This document shows, piece after piece, positions 1 to 9,794 of a stretch of DNA of 64,000 nucleotides. Origin of the DNA: an uncultured Alphaproteobacteria bacterium (GTDB taxonomy: Bacteria; Pseudomonadota; Alphaproteobacteria; UBA7985; CAJQQZ01); the NCBI GenBank assembly GCA_905480575.1, contig CAJQQZ010000031.1, positions 305 to 64,304 of the forward strand, in the 5' to 3' direction. A model generated the notes under the pieces. It made no database searches and was not told the DNA's origin. It saw only the letters and a list, made by a program, of their open reading frames with translations. Both the position numbers and the translations under genes were made by a program. Every line of letters starts with the position of its first letter. Position 1 is the stretch's first letter.

Positions 1-372
1 ATTATCGGCCTTCTCTTTTAACGCAGTGGTTTCTGTCATCACTCTAACTGTGCGACGACCTGATAACAAAGAGTGGTAGACCCAACCTGTTTCCCCTTCC
101 CAGTCTTTGATTTTACGCCAGTTCTCAAACTCGGCAACGACTTCTACCGGTAAATGTTTGCGGCGGTAAACCCAATCGATAGGGTATTGCAGGCCAGGCC
201 CGCGACGCATATTGATTTCGTTCGATTTGAGAGAAACAAAGCGCGGCATGGGCAGGTCGGTAACCGGGCCGGTTTCTTGGGCGACACTTACCAAAGGAAA
301 CAGGACAAAGAGGCCTAGTAAGGCTACCAATACTGACTTTCCATGGACAAGCGAGCGGATTTTTTTTGACAT
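1..372 (-). CDS. SH3 domain-containing secreted protein (runs off the window edge)
   Basis: Not in the ORF track. Translated by hand from ATG at 372: MSKKIRSL...signal peptide...GPVTDLPMPRFVSLKSNEINMRRGPGLQYPIDWVYRRKHLPVEVVAEFENWRKIKDWEGETGWVYHSLLSGRRT, a typical alphaproteobacterial SH3 protein divergent from the D-glycerate dehydrogenase. Confidence 0.85.
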   Translation of the reverse strand, partial: MSKKIRSLVHGKSVLVALLGLFVLFPLVSVAQETGPVTDLPMPRFVSLKSNEINMRRGPGLQYPIDWVYRRKHLPVEVVAEFENWRKIKDWEGETGWVYHSLLSGRRTVRVMTETTALKEKADN

Positions 373-606
373 TTATGTCGAACGAACAAAATTAACTAAG
401 GGGGTCGAAAAAAGATTATACTCGATTGTCGATTCGCCGTAAATCGCTAATCAAGGGTGAAACTCATGGCAGTAGAGCTCTTCTTTGGCGCATCAACACA
501 AATTGGCGAATATTTCTGTTGGACCCCACGATCAACGAGTCTAGAATCTGGACAATCTTCACCTCGGCTGATAAAGGCTAGCAGGTTTTTCTGAAGGGAA
601 CTTTGC

Positions 607-1593
607 ATGAGCTTGGAAAAAGCAGTTGTCGTCGCGACACGCGGACTACCTAAAGCGATTGAAGTGCGTATGAGCGAATTGTTCCGCACTTCCTTAAACA
701 AGGACGATAGCCCCTTTTCCCGAGAGCAATTGATCGAAGCCGTTCAAACGGCTGACGTTCTTGTTCCGACAGTAACGGACAACATTGACGCCGCCTTGCT
801 CAAACAAGCCGGACCTCAGCTTAAAATGATTGCGAACTTCGGTGTTGGTGTAAACCACATTGATCTGGAGGAAGCGAGAGCCAGGGGAATACTGGTGACC
901 AATACGCCAGGGGTCCTGACCGAAGATACCGCCGATATGACGATGGCTTTGTTGCTGTCCGTCACGCGTCGACTGGCCGAAGGCGAACGCCTGGTGCGCT
1001 CAGGCGAATGGAATGGTTGGGCACCGACGACCATGTTGGGGGCGAGGCTTTGGGGCAAGCGCCTCGGCATTATCGGTATGGGCCGAATTGGCCAAGCTGT
1101 AGCGCGCCGTGCGAAGGGCTTCGGTATCGCGGTGCATTACCACAATCGCAATCAAATCTCAGAGGAGATCGAACAGGAACTGGACGCAACTTACTGGGAC
1201 GACCTGGACCAGATGCTGGGCCATATGGACCTCGTCTCGGTCAATACGCCTCTGACTGCTAGCACCCACCATATTCTAAATGCAGAACGCTTGGCATTGC
1301 TGCAACCTCATTGTTTTGTCATCAATACCAGCCGTGGTGAAGTGATCGACGAAGAAGCGCTGGCTGACATATTAGCCGCTGGAAAGTTGGCGGGTGCAGC
1401 GCTCGACGTTTATGAGAAAGAGCCTGAAGTAAATCCCAAGCTCATCGATTTGAACAATGTCGTTCTACTTCCTCACCTAGGGTCCGCCACGGTAGAAGGC
1501 CGGGTTCAAATGGGCGAACGCGTGATCATCAACATCAAATCCTTCGTCGACGGCCACCGCCCTCCTGACCGTATATTTGAGGCCATGCTTTAG
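607..1593 (+). CDS. D-glycerate dehydrogenase / glyoxylate reductase (D-2-hydroxyacid dehydrogenase)
   Basis: GIIGMGRIG Rossmann motif, NTSRG, LDVYEKEP, LPHLGSAT. Confidence 0.92.
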   Translation: MSLEKAVVVATRGLPKAIEVRMSELFRTSLNKDDSPFSREQLIEAVQTADVLVPTVTDNIDAALLKQAGPQLKMIANFGVGVNHIDLEEARARGILVTNTPGVLTEDTADMTMALLLSVTRRLAEGERLVRSGEWNGWAPTTMLGARLWGKRLGIIGMGRIGQAVARRAKGFGIAVHYHNRNQISEEIEQELDATYWDDLDQMLGHMDLVSVNTPLTASTHHILNAERLALLQPHCFVINTSRGEVIDEEALADILAAGKLAGAALDVYEKEPEVNPKLIDLNNVVLLPHLGSATVEGRVQMGERVIINIKSFVDGHRPPDRIFEAML

Positions 1594-1694
1594 TTGGGAT
1601 TGCGAGGGCGTAGGTCCTTTGTGGTTAGTCTAGCTACATGATTGTTGAAATGCTTTAGGTTTCCCCAACGGAAAAAAGAGGCTATTATCTTTCC

Positions 1695-1904
1695 ATGAAC
1701 CAGATGTTGGAAAAAGCGATTGATGATGCCCGAGGGTTTTCTGAGCATGATCAAGAAGCGTTGGGAACTGAGTTTTTGAAGCTCATCGAAGAAAGAGCGG
1801 TCGGCGGTAAGCTCGCTAATGCAGAAGCTCAAGGCGGTGGTGCTTCGCTTGAGGGTGTTTTCTCTGAGATAAAGGACGAGATTAAAAACAACTATGCTTT
1901 GTAG
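1695..1904 (+). CDS. Putative type II antitoxin
   Basis: 69 aa acidic protein (MLEKAI..AR.FSEHDQEAL) overlapping the downstream RelE/ParE-like toxin start. Confidence 0.6.
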   Translation: MNQMLEKAIDDARGFSEHDQEALGTEFLKLIEERAVGGKLANAEAQGGGASLEGVFSEIKDEIKNNYAL

Positions 1905-2174
1905 TTTAGTTGTTCTTGGTAGTGCAAAAAACGATCTGCGCGAAATTTATCGTTTCATAGCAGAAGATAACCCTTCAAAAGCACTAAACTGGATCGAAAC
2001 GTTAGAACAGAAACGCAGGTGCTTTCTGAATTTCCGGAGCTTGGACGAGTTTACAAGCCACCTTACAGAATTTTGAATGCAGAGGCTGGGTATCGTATTT
2101 ACTATAGGTACAACAAAGCGAAAAGAACTGTAACCATCGTACACTTTTATGCACCCGGTCTGAATAAGCCTTGA
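1894..2174 (+). pseudogene. RelE/ParE family toxin, frameshifted near 2011-2013
   Basis: N-terminal half AKNDLREIYRFIAEDNPSKALNWIETLEQK. The C-terminal half QVLSEFPELGRVYKPPYRILNAEAGYRIYYRYNKAKRTVTIVHFYAPGLNKP* lies in the -1 frame, stop at 2172-2174. Confidence 0.75.
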
Positions 2175-2217
2175 GCCTGTTCTTGATATCCAATCCAGCA
2201 GCTACCATTAAGAAACT

Positions 2218-2496
2218 ATGAGCTCACTACTAACGATTGTTTTGATTTTCGTTGCAGGTTTGCTTTTGCTGAACCTGTTTGCCTGCTATCTCGTGAGGAA
2301 GTCGGCGGCTTATTCACGTGAGCAGAAACTCTATCAGATTTTGTTGATTTGGTTTTTGCCAGTGTTTGGGACAGCCGTGGAGCTTTTAATTATCGGATCT
2401 GACAGGGAAAGAAAACGGCGACCCAAGGAAGTTCCTGATGGAAACAAAAGCGCTCCTAATGCCAGAATGCTGAGACATGATATTGGGAACTATTAA
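2218..2496 (+). CDS. Small membrane protein (2 TM), unknown function
   Basis: Two hydrophobic segments, QKLYQILLIWFLPVFG motif resembling PLDc N-terminal-like small proteins. Confidence 0.6.
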   Translation: MSSLLTIVLIFVAGLLLLNLFACYLVRKSAAYSREQKLYQILLIWFLPVFGTAVELLIIGSDRERKRRPKEVPDGNKSAPNARMLRHDIGNY

Positions 2497-2511
2497 TTAA
2501 AGTCAGATAAC

Positions 2512-3270
2512 TCAGGCACAAACTTCACACCCGTCTGCGCGTTTCACCTTAAACCGCGAAAACCTGATGTCTAGAGCGTCATAAATTACCAACTCCCCCG
2601 TCAAACTTGTGCCGATACCAGTGATTTCTTTTAGAACTTCGGTCGCTTGCAAAGAACCTATGACACCGGGCAGAGTTGCTAAAACGCCGACGTCGGCACA
2701 GGAGCGGCCTTCGACATCCTCGGTGGATGGGAACAGGCATCGATAGCAAGGGCGATCTTCACCTTCCTCAAAGGCTTTAAAGGTGGTCAGCTGGCCATCG
2801 AAACGGGTGATTGCAGCCGAAACAAGCGTTTTCTTTAGCTTGAAGCATACCTCATTCACCAATTGGCGGGTTGTAAGGTTATCGCAACCGTCGGCGACGA
2901 GATCGACTTGGGCGATCCAATGATCTGCATTTTCAGGAGTGACTTTCTCTTCGATCACCACGACCTTTACGTCTGGATTGAGGGAGTTGATGGTTTCCCT
3001 TGCAGACCGAGCCTTGGCTTTGCCGACATCATCGGTGCCGTGGATGATTTGTCTTTGAAGATTGGACAGGTCAACGTCGTCATGATCAGCAACGTAGATC
3101 GTGCCGACACCAGCAGCGGCTAAATACATAAGCAATGGTGAGCCTAAACCCCCAGCGCCGATCACCAGCACTTTGGCATTCAGCAGTTTGGTTTGGCCTT
3201 CCTCGTCGATTTCGGGCAGGACGAGATGACGTGCATAGCGCTCAATCTGATTGTCGCTAAGGTCTTCCAT
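2512..3270 (-). CDS. moeB: Molybdopterin-synthase adenylyltransferase MoeB (HesA/MoeB/ThiF family)
   Basis: RYARH, GAGGLG, SNLQRQ, CYRC and CEVC Zn motifs. Confidence 0.9.
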   Translation of the reverse strand: MEDLSDNQIERYARHLVLPEIDEEGQTKLLNAKVLVIGAGGLGSPLLMYLAAAGVGTIYVADHDDVDLSNLQRQIIHGTDDVGKAKARSARETINSLNPDVKVVVIEEKVTPENADHWIAQVDLVADGCDNLTTRQLVNEVCFKLKKTLVSAAITRFDGQLTTFKAFEEGEDRPCYRCLFPSTEDVEGRSCADVGVLATLPGVIGSLQATEVLKEITGIGTSLTGELVIYDALDIRFSRFKVKRADGCEVCA

Positions 3271-3710
3271 CAGACACCCGTTGATCCGAAGCCGCCTTCG
3301 CCGCGTTCTGTCTCATCCAAGCTTTCGACCTCGATCATTTCGGCCTGAATGACGGGCGCGATAATCATCTGTGCAATCCGATCACCGCGATTAATGAGGA
3401 AGGGCTCGCTGCCCAAATTGATGATGGTGGTTTTCAGTTCACCTCTATAATCGGAATCAACCGTTCCTGGCGTGTTGAGGACCGTCACACCGTGTTTGAC
3501 CGCAAGGCCAGATCTGGGGCGGACCTGGGCTTCATAGCCTTGTGGCAGGGCGATCTTGATGCCGTTGGGCACGAGGGCTCTTTCCATAGGTGTCAAACGA
3601 ATGGGTTCGTCGATCGCCGCGCGCAAATCCATGCCTGCGCTGCCCGTGGTCTCATAGGCCGGAATAGGGAGATCTTTTCCGTGATCCAGAACAACGACTT
3701 TGACCTGCAT
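3270..3710 (-). CDS. dut: dUTP diphosphatase
   Basis: [30 protein letters not shown]. Confidence 0.97.
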   Translation of the reverse strand: MQVKVVVLDHGKDLPIPAYETTGSAGMDLRAAIDEPIRLTPMERALVPNGIKIALPQGYEAQVRPRSGLAVKHGVTVLNTPGTVDSDYRGELKTTIINLGSEPFLINRGDRIAQMIIAPVIQAEMIEVESLDETERGEGGFGSTGV

Positions 3711-3714
3711 CCAA

Positions 3715-4914
3715 TTAGCCTTTCAATTCTTGCGCAATAGCCTCGACCAATTGTCGGGCCGTTGCCTGTTTACTTTGATGCCCCCAAGACTCATTGGCGT
3801 TGCTCTTGACCAAGTGAACTTCACTGGCATCACCGCCAAAGGTCCCGGTTTTCTCAGAAACATCATTTGCCAAGATCCAATCACAATCTTTCTTTTTGAG
3901 TTTGGATTGAGCGTTTTTGATCAAGTTCTCGGTCTCTGCCGCAAAGCCGATAACTAGGTCAGGACGCCCTTTTTTTATGCTAGCGATTGTCGCGAGAATG
4001 TCGGGGTTGGCTTCAAATTCCAGTTTAGGCGCTTTGCCGTCCTTCTTTTTGATCTTTTGAGTGGCGGCGTTGGCGACTTTGTAGTCGGCAACGGCGGCTG
4101 CAAAAATTGCGATGTCGGTGGGGAGGGCGGCTTTGCTGGCAGCGAGCAATTCATCCGCAGTATTGATAGGCACAAAGTTGACCCCTGTCGGAGGCGCTAG
4201 TTTTGTCGGGCCAGACACTAACGTTACATCCGCACCGGCACTGACAAGAGCTTCTGCAATGGCGTAGCCTTGCTTGCCGGAAGAGTGGTTGGAGATGTAG
4301 CGAACTGGATCTATGGCTTCTCTCGTTGGGCCAGCGGTTACAAGCGCCGTCTTGCCCTTAAGGTTTTGAGATTGGTTTAGGAAACTGACGACGGAACTGA
4401 CTAAGACAGCGGGCTCTACAAACCGGCCAGCGCCATGCTCGCCACAAGCCATGTCGCCACTCTCGGGGCCGACAATCGTAACGCCGCGTTCTTTCAGTGT
4501 CTCTAGGTTAGCCTGTGTCGCGGGGTGTTGCCACATCATCGGGTTCATTGCCGGTGCCACCATGACTGGTTTGTCTGTCGCCAGCAGTGCGGTAGTGGCT
4601 AAATCGTTTGCTTGGCCAGATGCCATCTTTGCCATGATGTCAGCGGTGGCAGGAGCGACCAGCACAAGATCAGCTTCCCTTGACAGCCTGATATGACCCA
4701 TTTCCTGCTCATCTGTCAGGTCAAAGAGGTCTTGGAAGACTTTTCCGCCTGACAAAGCGGAGACAGAAAGCGGTGTCACGAATTCAGCACCAGCCTTTGT
4801 CAAAATGGTTGGGCAAGAGATGTTGTGATCTTGTAGGCGGCGGATCACCTCAAGGCACTTATAGGCGGCGATGCCACCGGAGATGATGAGTAAAACGCGT
4901 TTATTTTGGTTCAT
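3715..4914 (-). CDS. coaBC: Phosphopantothenoylcysteine decarboxylase/ligase
   Basis: [41 protein letters not shown]. Confidence 0.97.
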   Translation of the reverse strand: MNQNKRVLLIISGGIAAYKCLEVIRRLQDHNISCPTILTKAGAEFVTPLSVSALSGGKVFQDLFDLTDEQEMGHIRLSREADLVLVAPATADIMAKMASGQANDLATTALLATDKPVMVAPAMNPMMWQHPATQANLETLKERGVTIVGPESGDMACGEHGAGRFVEPAVLVSSVVSFLNQSQNLKGKTALVTAGPTREAIDPVRYISNHSSGKQGYAIAEALVSAGADVTLVSGPTKLAPPTGVNFVPINTADELLAASKAALPTDIAIFAAAVADYKVANAATQKIKKKDGKAPKLEFEANPDILATIASIKKGRPDLVIGFAAETENLIKNAQSKLKKKDCDWILANDVSEKTGTFGGDASEVHLVKSNANESWGHQSKQATARQLVEAIAQELKG

Positions 4915-4935
4915 AGCAACCAGATCGGAAACAAC

Positions 4936-6447
4936 TTAGCTTAATACAAGTGTTGTAAGCAGAATTCCGGCCCCAAAACCAGTGGCAATCAAGAGAGGAA
5001 TCCACCAACGCCGAGTCTCGCTTCGTTGTTTCTCCATTTCAGCCAAAGTCCTCTCAGCGGAATCAATGATCTTCGGCATTTTTCCAGCGGCGGAGGCATA
5101 AATGGATAATGTTTCGCTCGCTTTGACCAACGGATTGCGGTTGCGAACAACCCAGTCTTCGACAAGGGGCTGGGCAAAGGTCCAGATGTTCATTTCTGGA
5201 GCTAAGGTGCGGGCGATACCTTCTGCCATAACCATGTTCTTTTGAAGCACATAGAGCTCTGGTTGAACGGTTAGATCAAAGGTGCGCCCCATCTCTAAAA
5301 GCTGCCCAAGGAGCTTAGCAAAGGAGACTTCTTTCAGTGGCTTGTCGATGATGGGTTCACAGACGGCTCTAAGCGCCATCGCGAAAGTCTCGTTGTGATG
5401 TTCGGTGGGCAGGAAGTCAGCTTCCGCGTAGGTCTTTGCGATTGCCAAATAATCTCGTTTCACCAAACCCAGCATGATATCAGCCAGAAAACAACGGGAC
5501 TGCCAAGTCATTCGGCCCATGATGCCGAAGTCGACGAAGGATATTGAGCCTTCTTTGGTGACGAACATATTGCCAGCATGTTGGTCACCGTGAAAGAAAC
5601 CGTGCTCAAAAATCTGCATGAAGAAGGTTTCAGCAGCCCTGGTCAAAACATCTTCCAGGTCATGCCCCTGAGCTAGCAGTCCTTCTTTGTCGTCAATCGA
5701 TAAGGCATCCAAGCGTTCAATCGTCATGACGGATTGAGCTGTTAGGGGCCAGAAGATAGCTGGCACAAAGAAGTCGTCGCGTTCTTTGAAATTGGTTTTG
5801 AATTCATCGGCTTGAGCGGCCTCAAGACGGAGATCCAGTTCAATGGATAGCTGAGCGCGGTAGAGACCAATGACGGCAGGCAGTTTCACACGTCTCAGAA
5901 CCGGGCTGAAGGTTTCAGCAATCCGGGTCAGCCAGGAGAGGAAATCGAGCTCTCGTTCAAAGATTGCTTTGATGTTTGGACGGAGAATTTTAACAGCGAC
6001 GTCATCGCCCTCATGGGTCTTGGCGAAGTGGACTTGAGCGATCGACGCGGCGGAGACCGGCTTCATATCAAACTCTGGGAACAGCTGCTCCAAAGGTTTG
6101 TCGAAGGCTTCTGATATGGTGGCGATCACGATTGATGCGTCGAAAGGGGCGAGCTGATCTTGTAACACCGAAAGATCGAGTGCGCCCTGTTCGCTCATGA
6201 GGTCTGCGCGTGTGGACAGTAGTTGACCAAACTTGATGTAAGGCGGCCCGAGTTTCTCCAGTGCCGCAGCTAGTCGTTGGCCTGGGCGCAATAACTGGTT
6301 CTTCCTGGCAAACAGTCGGAGGTGTCCGATCTTCTTAGCTAGGTCCTGGTTGCCGCGCGCAAGCGGCAGGAAAGCTTCGAAGGCGTCATGTTTTGAGAAC
6401 AACCAAAAGAGCTTGAGCAGCTTGAAAATGTAGATGAAGCTCTTCAC
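4936..6447 (-). CDS. ubiB: Ubiquinone biosynthesis kinase-like protein UbiB
   Basis: IKFGQLLSTR, ASIAQVH, VAVK, FFHGDQHAGN, DFG; directly downstream of ubiE. Confidence 0.93.
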   Translation of the reverse strand: MKSFIYIFKLLKLFWLFSKHDAFEAFLPLARGNQDLAKKIGHLRLFARKNQLLRPGQRLAAALEKLGPPYIKFGQLLSTRADLMSEQGALDLSVLQDQLAPFDASIVIATISEAFDKPLEQLFPEFDMKPVSAASIAQVHFAKTHEGDDVAVKILRPNIKAIFERELDFLSWLTRIAETFSPVLRRVKLPAVIGLYRAQLSIELDLRLEAAQADEFKTNFKERDDFFVPAIFWPLTAQSVMTIERLDALSIDDKEGLLAQGHDLEDVLTRAAETFFMQIFEHGFFHGDQHAGNMFVTKEGSISFVDFGIMGRMTWQSRCFLADIMLGLVKRDYLAIAKTYAEADFLPTEHHNETFAMALRAVCEPIIDKPLKEVSFAKLLGQLLEMGRTFDLTVQPELYVLQKNMVMAEGIARTLAPEMNIWTFAQPLVEDWVVRNRNPLVKASETLSIYASAAGKMPKIIDSAERTLAEMEKQRSETRRWWIPLLIATGFGAGILLTTLVLS

Positions 6448-6456
6448 GGCAGCGAT

Positions 6457-7227
6457 CTAGATCCGCCAGCCGGAATGTATGGCGGCAATACCACCCGAAA
6501 GATTGCGGTAAGACACCTGCTCAAAACCAGCTTCACGGTACATCTCTGCCAGTTTGTCTTGCGTAGGAAATTGGCGAATTGATTCGACGAGATATTGGTA
6601 AGAGGCTTTGTCATTCGCCACTAGCCCGCCGATGTGCGGTAAAACGTGAAAGGAATACTTGTCGTAGATCGTGTCCAAAATTGGCAAAACAACATGACTG
6701 AATTCTAGGCAGAGAATGCGCCCACCTGGCCTTAAGACACGGTAGGCGTCTTTCAATGCTTCCAATGGCTCCGTGACGTTACGAAGCCCAAAAGCAATGG
6801 TGTAGCAGTCGACGGATTGGTCGGGCAGTGGCAAATTTTGAGCGTTACCACATATCCAATTGAGCTGGTCCCGATAGGCTGAAAATTTGTTAGTTTCCGC
6901 TCTCTTCGCGCCTTCTTCCAGCATGGATGCCGTCAGGTCGCAAACATGGATCATCGATGGCTGGTCTTCTTTCGGCTCTTGACTAGATAGGCGTTCCGCT
7001 ATTTTGAAAGCGATGTCGCCAGTGCCACCGGCGACGTCTAAGAACTGTTGCCCTTGTCGGGGGAGGAGCCAGTCGATCATTGACTCCTTCCAAAGCCGAT
7101 GGATACCGCCGGACATCAAATCGTTCATGATGTCATACTTGCTGGCAACAGAAGTGAAAACACCTTGCACCAGGCCTACTTTGGCCTGTTGGTCAACTTC
7201 CTGAAAACCGAAATGGGTCTTTTCCAT
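6457..7227 (-). CDS. ubiE: Ubiquinone/menaquinone C-methyltransferase
   Basis: THFGF, YDIMNDLMSGGIHRLWK, LDVAGGTGD, YQYLVESIRQFP. Confidence 0.96.
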   Translation of the reverse strand: MEKTHFGFQEVDQQAKVGLVQGVFTSVASKYDIMNDLMSGGIHRLWKESMIDWLLPRQGQQFLDVAGGTGDIAFKIAERLSSQEPKEDQPSMIHVCDLTASMLEEGAKRAETNKFSAYRDQLNWICGNAQNLPLPDQSVDCYTIAFGLRNVTEPLEALKDAYRVLRPGGRILCLEFSHVVLPILDTIYDKYSFHVLPHIGGLVANDKASYQYLVESIRQFPTQDKLAEMYREAGFEQVSYRNLSGGIAAIHSGWRI

Positions 7228-7345
7228 GAGGGCGGGTACCTGGATTAACTTGCTTGTAGGGAAGACTCGTTTAACTTGTCTGAAACATAATCATTAGAGC
7301 CGGTGAATGCCAGTTCTGAATCTGGATAAAGGAACGCAGTTAACA

Positions 7346-8173
7346 ATGCCTGAGTTGCCCGAGGTTGAAACGGTTTGTCGAGGTCTGAGGCCTTTTTTAG
7401 AGGGGCGAAAACTCACCCGGGTTTTGAAGCGGCGGCCTGACCTGCGGTTTCCCATTCCTGATGATTGGGAAGAACAGCTGACCGGACAAACGGTTGAAGC
7501 TGTTGAACGCAAGGCCAAGTATGTTGTCATGCGGCTGACCTCTGGGATTTCTGCCATTTTGCATCTCGGCATGTCGGGCAGAATACTGATCCACGAACAC
7601 AACGCCGATGAGCCTTTTGACAAGCATGATCACATTGTTTTTGAAACGGACCAAGGGTGTCAGATCCGGTTCAATGATCCCAGACGTTTTGGCGTGGCCG
7701 ATATTGTGTCAACGGATGGCCTGGCTGAATCTCGCTATTTCAAGAGCCAAGGGATCGAACCCTTAGGCAATGAGCTTTCGGGAGAATTCATCGAGAAAAA
7801 GTTCCTGAATAAAAAAACCGCCATTAAAGCCGCTGTACTTGATCAGAAGTTTATTGTTGGCGTTGGGAATATCTACGCTTGTGAATCGCTTTTCTTTGCC
7901 GGGATCGACCCAAGAGCGTTGGCAGGAGAGATTAGAGGCGCTCGCGCGGAGGCTCTGTCCACGTCAATAAGGGTCGTGCTTGAGAAGGCGATCGCAGCCG
8001 GTGGGTCCAGTTTGAATGATTACGTTCAAGTGTCAGGTGAACTCGGCTATTTTCAAAATCAATGGGCGGTTTACGGGCGAGAAGGTCAGAAATGTCGAAC
8101 TTGTGACTCTGTGATAGAACGCGTCGTGCAGTCCAATCGCTCTACTTTCTATTGTCCTCAATGCCAGAGCTAA
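7346..8173 (+). CDS. mutM: Formamidopyrimidine-DNA glycosylase
   Basis: MPELPEVE start (trimmed from ORF 7307), HLGMSG, GNIYACE, C-terminal Zn finger. Confidence 0.97.
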   Translation: MPELPEVETVCRGLRPFLEGRKLTRVLKRRPDLRFPIPDDWEEQLTGQTVEAVERKAKYVVMRLTSGISAILHLGMSGRILIHEHNADEPFDKHDHIVFETDQGCQIRFNDPRRFGVADIVSTDGLAESRYFKSQGIEPLGNELSGEFIEKKFLNKKTAIKAAVLDQKFIVGVGNIYACESLFFAGIDPRALAGEIRGARAEALSTSIRVVLEKAIAAGGSSLNDYVQVSGELGYFQNQWAVYGREGQKCRTCDSVIERVVQSNRSTFYCPQCQS

Positions 8174-8208
8174 CTAAAAAGCGATCAAATCAAATAAGGA
8201 AGTAATCA

Positions 8209-8985
8209 ATGCCCTATAACAACATCTTAGTAGAGAGCAGAGGCCCTGTCGGTCTGATCACTCTTAATCGTCCGCACGCTCTCAATGCTCTTAATTCGGA
8301 GCTGATGGGGGAGCTGGATCAAGCATTGCGCGATTTTGAAGCTGATGACGCGATTGGTTGCATGGTTCTAACGGGCAGCGAGAAGGCTTTCGCTGCTGGC
8401 GCTGACATCAAGGAAATGCAGTCAAAAGGCTTCATGGACGTCTACATGGGCAACTTTATCACCAGCTCGTGGGAAACCTTGGCCAAGGCACGCAAGCCCA
8501 TCGTTGCAGCGGTGGCAGGTTATGCTCTTGGCGGTGGTTGTGAAATCGCAATGATGTGTGATTTCATCCTGGCGGCTGACACAGCTAAGTTTGGCCAGCC
8601 TGAAATTACGATCGGCACTATCCCTGGTGCAGGTGGCACGCAGCGCCTGACACGGTTTGTTGGTAAATCCAAGGCAATGGAAATGGCTTTGACTGGTCGC
8701 ATGATGGACGCAGCCGAGGCGGAACGGTCCGGCCTAGTTAGCCGCATCATCCCAGCGGACGAGCTGGTTGATGAAGCTATTAAGGTCGCAACCAAGATCG
8801 CGAAGCTATCTCGCCCTGCTGTTATGATGGCGAAGGATGCTGTCAACGGAGCCTTCGAGACCACATTGACAGAGGGTGTTAAGCTAGAACGCCGCATATT
8901 CCACTCCACCTTTGCGCTGGAAGATCAAAAAGAAGGCATGGCTGCTTTTGCGGAGAAGAGAAAGCCAGAGTGGAAAAACCGCTAA
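8209..8985 (+). CDS. Enoyl-CoA hydratase
   Basis: [22 protein letters not shown]; conserved position between mutM and rpsT. Confidence 0.95.
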   Translation: MPYNNILVESRGPVGLITLNRPHALNALNSELMGELDQALRDFEADDAIGCMVLTGSEKAFAAGADIKEMQSKGFMDVYMGNFITSSWETLAKARKPIVAAVAGYALGGGCEIAMMCDFILAADTAKFGQPEITIGTIPGAGGTQRLTRFVGKSKAMEMALTGRMMDAAEAERSGLVSRIIPADELVDEAIKVATKIAKLSRPAVMMAKDAVNGAFETTLTEGVKLERRIFHSTFALEDQKEGMAAFAEKRKPEWKNR

Positions 8986-8993
8986 CGTCGCAC

Positions 8994-9022
8994 TTGACGC
9001 ATGAAATGGGCGCGCTTATAAG
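8994..9022 (+). promoter_or_regulatory. Sigma-70 promoter of rpsT
   Basis: TTGACG-N17-TATAAG followed by a GC-rich discriminator (GCGCGC), about 50 nt upstream of the rpsT start. Confidence 0.75.
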
Positions 9023-9070
9023 GCGCGCTCAATTCAACTAGCGTCACTTTTGACCATAGGATTCAGAAAC

Positions 9071-9334
9071 ATGGCTAATTCGCCATCCGCACGTAAGCGG
9101 ATCAGAACTAACGAAGCACGTTCAGAGATTAACAACGCACGTCGCACACGTATTCGTACTTTCATCAAAGCTGCTGAAAACGCAATCGCTTCTGGTGATA
9201 AGGATGCCGCTTCAGCCGCTGTAAAAGCAGCGATGCCTGAAATGCAGCGCGGTGTTACAAAGGGTATCTTCCATAAGAACACCGTAGCACGCAAGCTATC
9301 CCGCCTTACAGCAGGTGTTAAGAAGCTCGCTTAA
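9071..9334 (+). CDS. rpsT: 30S ribosomal protein S20
   Basis: [12 protein letters not shown]...[16 protein letters not shown]; start trimmed to ATG 9071. Confidence 0.97.
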   Translation: MANSPSARKRIRTNEARSEINNARRTRIRTFIKAAENAIASGDKDAASAAVKAAMPEMQRGVTKGIFHKNTVARKLSRLTAGVKKLA

Positions 9335-9360
9335 GCAAGTCTTCTTTTAAGTTTGATTTG

Positions 9361-9400
9361 AAAACGGCTGGCGGCCGATAGGCTGTCAGGCGTTTTTTTT
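9361..9400 (+). terminator. Rho-independent terminator after rpsT
   Basis: AAAACG-G-CTGGCGGCC-GATA-GGCTGTCAG-G-CGTTTTTTTT hairpin with T8 tail. Confidence 0.8.
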
Positions 9401-9794
9401 ATGCCCGAATGTAAATCGTTGATATTAATCTGGCACAAATCGATTTCAGCTCTTCGCAAATTGCGAAGTTTCGGGTAAGTGTTTGAAAAAATTTGGCAAA
9501 TTCTAATGTTCTTGAAAAGAGGCTTAAAAAAAAGTGATGTTCTCTTTTCGGACATGTTGCGGTTTCCTCGGGCTTTTATACAATTAGGGGCGATTCTAGG
9601 GGAATCCACTTAGGCGCGTAAGCGTGAGGGTGACTTGCGGCCTTGTCGAGATGAAATATCTCGAACACAACGAATAATAAAAAGCCTCCGTCGTCGATCG
9701 AGGGACATAGTAAAGTAAAGGCTTGCCAAAATGGCATGCTGTCAGCTCTTTGCTGTTGAAGGCGCTGGGAATCATAAAAGGCTTCGGAGGGACC

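Noticed and set aside
2005-2020. Programmed -1 frameshift in the toxin
   Set aside because: No X XXY YYZ slippery site or clear stimulator; a simple deletion is more parsimonious
9335-9794. oriC next to dnaA
   Set aside because: No convincing TTATCCACA/TGATCCACA boxes here or between dnaA and dnaN; alphaproteobacterial origins often lie elsewhere (near hemE). GC skew was not computed.
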